From Fonticula-like sp. SCN 57-25 (lineage: Eukaryota), in NCBI GenBank assembly GCA_001724245.1, contig MEDX01000007.1, positions 1 to 63,158 of the forward strand: DNA of 63,158 nt, read 5' to 3'. Position 1 is the first letter of the stretch, and the number at the start of each line of letters is the position of its first letter. Shown piece by piece: positions 38,301 to 48,913 of the stretch. The notes beneath the pieces are model-generated. The model did no database searches and was not told where the DNA came from. It saw nothing but the letters and a program-made list of their open reading frames with translations. Made by a program: the position numbers and the translations under genes.

Positions 38301-41300
38301 CCGGCCTGATCGAGGGCCACGAGGGCGGTGCGCAGCTTGCGGACGCGGAGCTTGGTCGCGTACAGCGGCGACTGCAGGATACGGTCGTAGAACGCCAGGA
38401 GGCTCGACATGATCTGCGAGGTGATGGCCTTGTGGTCGGGGCACAGCTTGTCGATCATGCCCGACTTGGAGTAGTGGTTAAGGTAAAACTCCTTGACAAA
38501 CTCAAAGACGCCCTCGCGCATGGTGTAGTCATCCTGCACACCCTCGGGGGTGTCGAGCAGGTGGTCGAGGTCCTTGGCGCTCACCTCCTGCACCTTGGAG
38601 TTCATCATGCTGAGGAACGTCCACATCTGGGGGTTGAGGTCAATGTCGGACGCCTTTCCGGGGCCCATCGACGTCGAGAGGTAGGCCCAAAGAAGGAAGC
38701 GCAGGTACGGGCGCTTGTTGTTCATAGCAATAGAGGGGTGCGTGAGCACCTCGAAAATCTCGGCCGGGTCAAAGATGTTTTGGCAGACGGACTCGACAAA
38801 GGGGTTCTCGCCCTCGCAGCACGAGGCCAGGAAGCGGATGAGGCGGACGTGGTAGTTCAAGGCGTGCTTGTCCTCGGGGCTAAGGGTGCCCTGGCTTTCC
38901 TCGACGAGCAAGCGCATGCGCTCCTCATTCTCGGAATCGGACATGAGCGTCAGCGTCGTGGTGCGCTGCTGCATCATGTACTTGACGGCGAGGCTCTGGT
39001 TGCGGCGGATCGGGACGTCGCCCACGCGCACGACGGCGTTGAGCAGCACGAGCAGCTCGGGGGCCTTGGTCTTGGCGAGCAGCTGAATAATGGAGTGGAT
39101 CTGCCTTTCCTGCAGCTTGATGCACATCTCGTTCGACGTGAAGATCTCGGCAAGGGCAAGCGCCATGTTGGGCACCGACACCTCGCGCTCAATGAAAAAG
39201 TCGAGGTGCGCGAAAATGTCGAGCTGGATCATGCGCTGGATTCCGTCCGTGTCCAGCTTGGGATCACGGCGAGCAAAGGCGGCGAGGAACATGAACGCGG
39301 CATCGTACACCTTGGCCATGCCGCTGTAGGCCTCCAGCTTGATGTCGTAGGGCTTCTCGAGGAGAGCGTAGACGTCAGCGAGAATGCCCGAGCTAAAGAG
39401 AATCTGCTGGTTGATGACGTGCGGCTTGGTGCGGTCCTCCTGCAGGATGCAGTACTCGCGGAACGCGTTGAAGCTGTTCACCATGGTAGCCTCGCCAGAC
39501 GTCGTGAGCTTGGTGCGCAAAAGGCGGCGGATGGCCGGCACCTTCGAGGCGACATCCTTGTAGACCGAAACAGCGTCGGGCTGGACGATAAGCTGGCACA
39601 CCTGGCCAGACTCGAACAAATGCTGAATCTTGGAAAAGTGGCGGTTCACGAGCGACATGCCAAGCGTGGCCATCTTGGTGTAGTCGTACAGCGTGAGGTC
39701 GAGGAGCACCTCCACGACCCGGTCGTCGTTGCTGATAAAGTCCGTGCGGCTGTCGAGGCTCGCAAGGTACGCCTTGACCGGCGGGGCTTCCATAGCGCCC
39801 GTAACGCACGACGTGATCGACGCCAGCTCGGACCCAAGGTTGAGCAAAAGGCTAGCCGACGCCTTGGAGACTGACATCTTGACAGACTGGCCAATCGTGT
39901 TGTAGATCGACTTGAAGTTGAAGAGGAACTCGGCTGTGCGCAAGACGGCGCGCTGGTTGAAGAGAATGTCGAGCAGGAGCAGACCCGCATACTTGGCATT
40001 CACAACCGCCTTATTCTTGCGAGTCTTGGTAATGCGGAGCGTCGCGCGCCACTGCTTGAGCTCATCGTGGTTGAGGTGCGAGTTGTGCGACGGCACGTCC
40101 GTGTGGCCATCGAGCAGCTTGATAAGCAACGGCACCAGCTGGGTGGCATCTTCGCTCGAATAGTAGCCAAAGTTGACCAGCTGGGAAAGCAGGTGGAACA
40201 GCTGCTCCGTGAACGCGTTCTGCGCCTCCTCCTCATGCGACATGACATGGTTATGGGAGAGGTACTTGACGGCAAAGTCGCGCAGATCAGGGTAGCAGGC
40301 GAGCTTGGCACCCGACACGCTCATAGTCTCATCGGCGACCTTCTTCTGCGCGACGAGCTGGTCCCACAGGAAGGTTGTCGAAGGATTGCTAAAGATGCGG
40401 CGGTTACCCTTCACGTTCACAAACACGTTCTGAACAAAGTCGACAAAGGCCGAGCGGAGCATGTACGGGACGGTCTCGTCGCGGATGGCGCGGATAACGA
40501 GGTCATACGGAATGGCCTTGGAGAGCAGGCCAATGTTGCGATCGTTGCGACCCATGCAGACGCGGCTCATGACGCGCACCTGAGAGGCAAGGTACTGCAT
40601 GTGGGTCTTGTTCTCGGAGAACTTGTCAAGCGAAAGCCAGGCGTCCTTGGGCTTGAAGCGCGCGCTGATGCTGTTGCCCTGCATCTGGAACTGGGCGAGA
40701 ATGCCGAGGTCAGCCGACTCGGCAGAGAGGTAGTCCCAGACCAGCTGCTGGTTCTGGGGGATGGCGCTCTCTTCGCAGACGCAGAGGAGGCTCAAAAAGT
40801 CGAGGAAGCTGCGGTCGTGTGTCTTCTTGAGCCAAAACACAAAGGAGGAGATCTGCTGCGCGCTAATGCGGTCGAGAATCTGCTGATTGTCCGCGACAAG
40901 CTGCATAAACATGGCAGGGGTGTGCATGTCATAGCCGATCTGCGACTGGAAGAAGCTAATGTACTTGGCAATGTACAGCTCGTTCTTGCGGGAGTCGCCG
41001 TCGAGGTACACCGCGAGCAGATCGTAGGCCGTCTGGCAAATCTTCTTGAGCTTGGGGAAGTTGGGCAGCTCTTCAAGATCAATGCCTGTCTTGTTGAAGC
41101 CCTCCACAAACGCAAAGCCCTCCGGGGGCTTGAACAGCACCTTGAGCATGCCGACGAGAATGTCGACCACGCGCAGCTGGCGAAGCAGCTTTTGGCGCTT
41201 ACGCTCGGGTGTGCCGCTGTCGCCCTCCACAAACTTGATGAGGTGCTGCAGCACGCGGTAGAGCACCTGGAAGACCATGGGGTCGAGGCGCTGAATCTTT

Positions 41301-42821
41301 GCGTCCTTGTGGCGCTTGATGAACTGCATGAGCTCCTCGAGGGTGCCCATGACAAAGTTGACGTTGTACTCGTAGGTCGGCTCGACGCAAACAATCACAA
41401 AGGCATCGTCGTTCTTGACGTCGTTCTGGGTGGCGACCTTGCGGAGAACGCCATTGTCCCAGCGCAGGCTCTCCATGCCCTCGTTGGAGAGCGCCTTGTA
41501 CTGGTTCAGCTCGTAGGCGTTGAAATCGCCGTGGAGGAACATGCCGCTCGAGCGGTGCTGGATCTTGCCGTACGACATGTTGTCGAGCTCGGGCTTGTCC
41601 TTGATGATGGGGATGAGGCGGAAGACGGACGCCGTGCGGTCCGAGCCGTCCACGAGTCCGACCGAGCGGTCCTTGGAGACACCAAGGTACTTGCGCGTCT
41701 GGACATGGCGGAAGCGCACAAGCTGCACCCACTTCATGGGCTCACCGCAGCCGGCATCGTCGGCCATCTCGATCTGCCAGAACGTGTTGGACGACGGCGA
41801 CTTCAAGGACGGGCTCGCCGTCGGCTTGCGGACGCGCAAATGAACGTCCTCGCCAATGCCAAAGTCCAGGAAGTTTCCCTCGGCCGTCATGTACGCGTCC
41901 ATTTCCTTGTGGACGATATGCACGAGGTTGTTGCCATAAATGGCGTCTTGCTTCTCTTGGGCGAACTTGCGGTGGCAGTGCAGCAAAAAGGCCGACTTGC
42001 GGACCGACGCGTCAATTTCGCGCTGGCCCTCGTACAAGTGCATATGCGGAAGCACATCGTCCGAAATGTGCAAGAACTGGCCGGCCGTCTTGGCGCTCTC
42101 GAGCACGACCTGGTCGTTGACGCGGACAAAGTCGCCCTCGGACTGGATCTTGAAGCGCGGCATGATGCGGAAGTAGCATTCTACGGCAAACCGTCAGCAT
42201 GAATAGACAGGAGCGGGCATCGCGCACGTTTGCTGTTGTCGCCGGAAAGCTCGACGCGCATGTTCATGACGTCGGTGGTGGCGGCCTCGCGGTTGCTGAA
42301 GCGCAGGAAAGAGTGCGACATCACGTGGCGCAGCTGGATGACCTGGCCGTACTTGAGGCCGCGGCCCTGCTGGCGAGCCTGCTCCTTGCGGTTGTCGTTC
42401 TTCTCGGCTTCGACAAGGCGCTCCATCTTGCGGACTTCGTCGTCCTCGCTCAGGTTCTTGCTCTCGAGGGCATTGCGGTACTTTTGCAGGCGCTTGGCGA
42501 CCTTGTACTTCAATGGCGGGAGGATCTAGGGCACGATGTGTGAGCTGAGCCACGGCGCGGCGCAGGATTCAGGCTCGCGCACCTCAAACGACGCTCCCTT
42601 AAAGTTGGGAACCTGCGGGTTCTTCGGGTCCTCGGTCTGGCACAGGTAGAGCGAGGGGCGCACCGAGGCGTCCGTGTAGGCGAAGCCATTGGGCTACAGC
42701 GGGTGTCAGAAAAAGGGCGGCCGGATACAGGGGCGCTTCAACGTCGCACCTCTTCATGATAAAAGCATATTTCGTCTCCAAAGAGGACGGTGTCCAACCT
42801 CGTGTCAGGTTGGTCCCCCAT
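35303..42821 (-). CDS. ITPR: Inositol 1,4,5-trisphosphate receptor-like Ca2+ release channel (~2500 aa)
   Basis: Suppressor domain (YGQVIQLRH..S), MIR beta-trefoil, RQKLLR, RKNELYIAK, RIH-associated LRILQLLCENQN...NYLREQ, TM region with LNIVFGIIVDTFSELR, and C-terminal CFVC...H...EHN.WNY zinc site. Three short 5' exons, then one ~6.9 kb exon. Confidence 0.95.
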
Positions 42822-43079
42822 CCCGTCAAGCAGTTCGTGGAGCTGAAGCGACTACCTTTTTCTTGCCTTTTTTCTCTTTTTTCGGACGATTCTCCATTGG
42901 GTCAACTCGTCTGTCTTTGTGATTCGCGATTGGCTCCTATTGGCTGATCCTTCCCGTTTAGGCAACTGTGATGATCGATGCTTTCAGGGTCACCCGAGCC
43001 TGCCACAAGCCTGTAGCGGCGTTGCGCAACTCTTGCCCCGCTGTTGGTTGGCTGGCCGGGTGCAGGCCGGGTAAGCCCC

Positions 43080-43475
43080 ATGAGCCCGCCGTCGGTCCGA
43101 TGCCAGGCGTGCTACCGACGGCACGAGCGCTGCGCGAGGAGCGAGACAGACGGGGAGCCGTGCGAGCGGTGCGCCAGTAGGGGCGAAAAATGCCTTCCCA
43201 GGAGCTTGGATGCGGAGCAGAGGCCGCTGGTGAAGCGTAAGCGGCTGCCAATGAGCAGCAGCACGGCGGTCAGCAAGGCCGCGGGGCAGGAGGCGCTGCC
43301 GGACGACGCGGCCGAGCACTCGGAGCTGTTGACGCAGCTGCATCATGCGGCCAGTGTTTATTACGGCGCAAGCCGCGGACGGCGGAAAGCGCTAAAGTCG
43401 CTCGATGGAACGGCGTTGGCGGCCCTCGGCATCCTTCTCGAGGAGGCGATGCGCGACGCAATTGAGGACGCTTAG
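43080..43475 (+). CDS. Small protein: Zn(II)2Cys6 cluster plus Rrn10-like (UAF) C-terminal domain
   Basis: CQACYRRHERCARSETDGEPCERCASRGEKC = CX2CX6CX9CX2CX6C. SELLTQLHHAASVYY...SLDGTALAALGILLEE resembles fungal Rrn10-family SDLLKAIH.YAS..Y...SMDETALLALGIL.EE. Confidence 0.7.
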   Translation: MSPPSVRCQACYRRHERCARSETDGEPCERCASRGEKCLPRSLDAEQRPLVKRKRLPMSSSTAVSKAAGQEALPDDAAEHSELLTQLHHAASVYYGASRGRRKALKSLDGTALAALGILLEEAMRDAIEDA

Positions 43476-43562
43476 GAGGCGCAAAGTGTACAGTGCATTA
43501 TCAAAAATTGTATATTGAATTATTAGACGTTGTGTATTGTGAATAATAGTCTGCGTTGTCGG

Positions 43563-45543
43563 TCAAGATACAACCAGCACGCGCACGTAACGACCAGCCG
43601 CTTCTGTGGACGCCTTTTGCAGAACGGCCGCCGGGTCGTCTTTGGATGAGAGTACCATGTGTGGATCAAGCCCACGGTCGTCCGCCGAGCTGGCAACCAC
43701 GACAGTGACGATCCCGCGCTCGTTCTTGTACGAGACCATTTCCGATCCCGCATCACACATGACCCAAATCACGCCCTCCTGCTTGGCCCCAAAGCCTGCT
43801 ACCGCGCCCCGTGCCATGCTGCCGATATTCTCGCTTACACCGACAATCGAGAAAGGTGCCCGGGGCCGCGCAAAGCGCCGCAGTGCCAGCGACATTTCGG
43901 CAGACTCGCACACCACCTTGTCGTCGGGCCCTAGCGGGAGCGCGCCCGCAACCCGATCGGTCAGGGACGATGGCGCGGGAAGAGCACTAAAGTGCGGCAG
44001 CGGCCGCTCATTACGCCTCGCGCGCTTTGCAAACTCCAAAAGGAAGCGGCCCGGCGCGCCCAGAATCACCAAGTGAGGCTCCCTACATACGGTTAGCCAA
44101 TGCACGCGACCCGAGCAGCGCTTCGCACATGTTAAGCGTGAGTTGCAGCTTGCTCTCATTGACGGCGACCACCTGCGCGGTCGCCGGGATCTTGGTGCCA
44201 AAGTCGAACCGGTCATCCACGGGAACGCCCAAAAGAATGACCATGTCGCTCTGCGCAAGCGCCTCGTCGCGCTTCTCATAGGGCACCAGCAGTCCACTGG
44301 CGCGCATGGAGTTAGCCTATAGAGGGAAATGTAGTTGAGCGCACCTTGCTTCGCCAAGCAGGCCGCCAGTCCCATCCATGAGCACAACAGGAATATTCAA
44401 TTTCTCGAGGGCCTTGCTGACATCTTGCGTGAGCGGGCGGTCAAAAAGCGCCTGCGACCCGATAAAGATGAGCGGCGCCGCAGCATTGCCGAGCCGCGTC
44501 GTCGCCTCGCGCATCGCCGGCCCCGCAAACGATGCCGGCCGCCGCGGGCGCACTAAGATTCAACTATTAGTGGGCGCTTTTATAATTGACAATATCGTAC
44601 GCGGGACGGCGGGCCGCACAGACGCGGCATCGGTCGCATACAGGCGCGCAAAGCTGTACTGCAGGAGCATGGAAGCGCCGTCCAAGAGCGCCCCGTACGT
44701 TCTCCGCATCTCCTCCTCGGAAAAGAATAGGTCCGTAATGACGCCGACCACGACAACGCCCTGTTCGGCGGCGGTGGCGGCCGAAAAGGCCTGCTCCACG
44801 GACGAGACGATGCTGCGCATCTGGGGGGCGCGCAGGACCTTTGTCACATGCGCCGACATTGCGGCCTCGAGGTCGACATCTGTCCGCTCGCCGCGCCCGG
44901 TGCGAAGAAGCGCAGACTCTATTGCAATGACAACGACCGCAGAATGCGACCGCTGGGCGCGCATGATCGCCGCCGAAGCGTCCACAAGCACCGGCCCCGC
45001 GTCGACCTAGCCCAGGAGCGCAGTGAGTTTATGACAATCCCAAACGTAGTTTTGCGCACCAGCACCACGCCGACCTTGCCGGTCGCCCAGTAGTACGCGT
45101 CCGCAGCGGCCACGGCTGCGGGCCCGTCGCCGAGCACTGTCACTGCAATGTCGCTGGGGAGGGCAGCAAGGCCCGCGCGCATTGCGTCGCTGCCGGCGTC
45201 ATGCGCAAACACCACGCCCACACCTGATGCCAATCACCAATTAGCGAGCTAGAAGAGCAGATACCCGCACGATCCATACCGTGACGCTGCAGTGCGTCGG
45301 CCAATAGAGCGCTTCCCGTCGGGCATTTTAGCCGGTACGCGCCGGTTCGCAGGTTGGCGCGCAGCTGCCGATCAAGCGTCAACAACTCGATTCCATAACC
45401 TACCTCTATAGCGCTCGTACGAGAAACTTTATCCACGCCGCCCGTCCTACTACACCAACGAGCTTGCGCACGAGCGACAGCGCAAACGCCGCCAGAACGA
45501 CATTCTTTACTGTAATCTGCTTCCGAGCTGCCGCCACCAACAT
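43563..45543 (-). CDS. Degenerate thiamine-diphosphate enzyme, acetolactate synthase-like/ILVBL-like
   Basis: N-terminal hydrophobic anchor, G..LLADALQRHG, A..AADAY...TGKVGV.LV, PL..IGSQ, LNIPV.L.G...GLLG, EAL..SD.VILLG...D.R..FG. Catalytic motifs appear altered. Confidence 0.65.
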
Positions 45544-45592
45544 CGTCGTCGTTGAGCTTGTTGACACGTGACCAGCAGAAGTCCTTACGACC

Positions 45593-47271
45593 ATGGCGGA
45601 CGACAAGGCATCTTCGTCAAGCGAGTCGGGCGCGCCCGCGTCGGTACGCCTTTCTCCGTGCACGCCTACATGCGCGCCGCGTTGCTCACATGATACGCCC
45701 TTACAGTCGCAGGACGCCAAGAAGGCGAACCCGCTTGCGGCGCTGCAGGCCGCTCAGGCCAACGAGCTCATTGCCCAGTTGCAAAAGATGTCGGCTGGGT
45801 CCGTTGAGCAGGGGGACCGCAAAGAGTTCCACAAGTTCTGGAACACGCAGCCGGTCCCCGACTTTGGTGCGCTTCATTGTATGCGTCGGCGCGTGCGTAC
45901 TGACCGTTTGCAGGCGATGACGAGGATGAGCCTGACGTGATGGGCGCCCTCGAGCCCGACAAGCCGCAGAGCGAGGTCCGCCAGACGCCGTACGCGCTCC
46001 CCGGCGGGTTCGAGTGGTGCAACGTCGACATTGGCACGGACGAGGAGCTCAAGGAGCTCTACGACCTGCTGACGTACAACTATGTCGAGGATGACGATGC
46101 CATGTTCCGCTTTGACTACTCGGCCGACTTTCTCCGCTGGTGCGCCGATCCGACATTGTTGCTATTTTCTAAGCATTTATAATAGGGCTCTGCACTCGCC
46201 CGGGTGGCTCCCGCAGTGGCTCTGCGGTGTCCGCGCGACCCAGTCGCGTAAGCTCGTCGCCTTCATCAGCGCGATCCCCGCCGACGTCCGCATCTACAAC
46301 GAGTGCGCGCGGTCTCCTCACAAACCGTCACACTCACCGCTTCTTAGGGCCAAGCACCTGGTGGAAATCAACTTTTTGTGCGTACACAAGAAGCTCCGCT
46401 CGAAGCGCTTTGCGCCCGTGCTGATCAAGGAGATCACGCGCCGCGTTCACCAGACCAACTGCTTCCAGGCCGTTTACACGGCGGGCATCCGCATCCCGCG
46501 CCCGGTCTCCATCTGCAAGTGCGCACATCCCCTTTTTCGTATTCGAACTTGCACCAACACACGTCTTTTTGCGTACTTTTCAGCTACTACCACCGCTCGC
46601 TGAACCCGAAGAAGCTCATTGAGACTGGCTTTTCGCACCTCGGCCGCAACAAGAGCATGGCGCTGACCGTCAAGCTGTACAAGGTTCCCGACGCGCCCAA
46701 GATCCCCGGCTTCCGGCCGCTCGAGGAGCGCGACATTCCGCAGGTGTGCCGCAAGCTCAAGGCGTACACGGACCAGTTCAGCCTCACGGCCGTCCTGTCT
46801 GAAGAGGAGTGCCGCCACTGGCTTCTGCCTCGTGCTGGCGTCATGTACTCTTACGTCGTGCAGGTGCGGCTTTTTATTGTTTTTTGTGACCTTCGTCGCG
46901 TTTTGCTAATCATTCTTGTCGAATTTCTTATTATTTTTTAGGCGCCCGGCTCTGACGAGATCACCGACTTTGTGTCGTTTTACAACCTGTCGTCGTCGGT
47001 CATCAACCACCCGGTGCACAATATGATCCGCGCGGCTTACCTCTTCTACTACTTTGCGAATGCCAACCCGCTCACGGAGCTGATGCGCGACGCGCTCATC
47101 GTCGCCAAGCAGCACGACTTTGACGTGTTCAACTGCCTCAACATCATGAACAATGACGAGTTTGTCGACAAGCTCATGTTTGGCATCGGTGACGGAAAGC
47201 TCCACTACTACCTCTACAACTGGCAGTGCCGCTCGATGCAGCACAACAAAATGGGCCTCGTGCTCCTCTAG
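45593..47271 (+). CDS. NMT1: Glycylpeptide N-myristoyltransferase
   Basis: [87 protein letters not shown], ending GLVLL*. Confidence 0.97.
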
Positions 47272-47440
47272 TGCGCGCGCACGGTGCATATGGCTGCAAC
47301 AAACAGTTTTCCCATTCTCTTTGGATTGAAATAAATCGCCGCCCACAGTATCTTTCCCAGTATCAAAATAAACATTTCAGACACTTTTATTCAAACAAAT
47401 ATCCTTTTCTGCGACACCTTTCCCTCCGCGCATGATTTTT

Positions 47441-48685
47441 TTAGTATTCAACCTTGAAGTTAAAGTAGTCCTCGTCGAATGTGTGCATGCGAACGTAACC
47501 GTCCTCACCACCGCTCGAGAACCCGCGGCCGCTAGGGTGGAAGTGCACGGTATTGATGGGACCAAAGTGGCCCTTGATGCGGCCAATCTCCTCAGACATG
47601 ACCTTGTGGAACACGCGGACCTCAAACTTGCCGGCGCGGAGCGATGATGTCGTCACCTGCATGGCTTCCTGACCACCACCGACCAGCACGTGGTCGCGGT
47701 CGGGGGCGATCGACGCCGAGTTGACCGGCCGGTCCGTCTGGTACGTCTTGAGGTGGCGAAGAGAGTCAGTGTCAAACAATTTCGACGACGTGTCCTTGCT
47801 CGAAGTAATAAAGTACGTCTGGTCGGGGGCAAACTGAATGTCCATAATCGTGGCAGTGTGCTCCTTCACGCTCGTCAGCTTGGCATTGTCCAGGCTGTAG
47901 TGAGCAATCTCGCCGTCCTCGTGGCCGGCAAGAATGGTCTGGTTCAGCGGGCTCCACCGCGCAGTCGTGATCTTGCTGCTCCTGGGGGCAAGATCAACAG
48001 CGCGAACCGGCGCTAAACAACATCGCAATCAGCATCGGCGGAAAAGGGTTAAGAACACCAAACGAGACAACAATTACCACAAAGACCACACAAAAACTAA
48101 AGAGCGGGTCGTACCTCCGTTGGCATTGGTGCGCACATCGTAGACGAGCACCTGACTGGTCTGTCCCATGATGGCGTCCGTCACGACGAGAAAAGTGGCA
48201 TCACCGAGCGCATAGTCAACCGAACGAACGGGCGACTTGTGCGCCATGCTCTGAACCTCCTTGCCGGTCTCCGTATCCCAAACCTTGGCCGAAAAGTCGG
48301 CCGAGCCCGTAAGAAGGCGCGTGCTGTCGTCTGAGCAAAGAAAGGCCGTGTCAGATGAGTTGATTTAAAGATTCGCGGCTGGACGTACACGTGCTGGCGA
48401 CACACCATACGGAACCCATATGGCCGCGGTACGTGCCGAGGCGCTCGCCGGTCGACGTGAGCCAGACATTCGGAACGTTGTCCTTTGACACGGTGAACAA
48501 GAGATCACCCTCGCGATTGTACCTGACCATCGTCAGCGAGCGCGTATGGCCCTGCAGAAGAATCGGACGCTGCAAATCAAAACGAAAAGATGGAAAAGAG
48601 AAATTGCAATAGCAAAGTAAAAGAAGCCAGTGCGTCAGAAACTAGCCTTCAAAGCGCGAGCGAGGGCGAAAAGCGGGCGCACCAT
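47441..48685 (-). CDS. EIF3I: Translation initiation factor eIF3 subunit i
   Basis: ATG-only first exon, then [23 protein letters not shown]...[49 protein letters not shown]. Confidence 0.96.
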
Positions 48686-48913
48686 GGCTGCCTCGAGGAA
48701 TCCTGCGCGCCACGCGAGTCAAGAGAGGAAAGAAGCGTCGATGTATCGATACGGTAATCTTGGTTTTGATTGGTCAAAATTCTTGCAAAAACATAGTTTG
48801 ATCATGTGATTTTCATTAACAGGATTGGTCAATAAATGTTATAGATGTGCATGAGAACGTAAAAATGTGAGAAAAAGATACAAAAAAGGTGCCTTAACAG
48901 CGCGGTCTCCTCT

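Noticed and set aside
35546-42202. Very long plus-strand ORFs (1442 aa and 711 aa) antisense to ITPR
   Set aside because: Shadow ORFs produced by strong GC3 codon bias on the coding strand; V/L/A/R-rich with no recognisable motifs.
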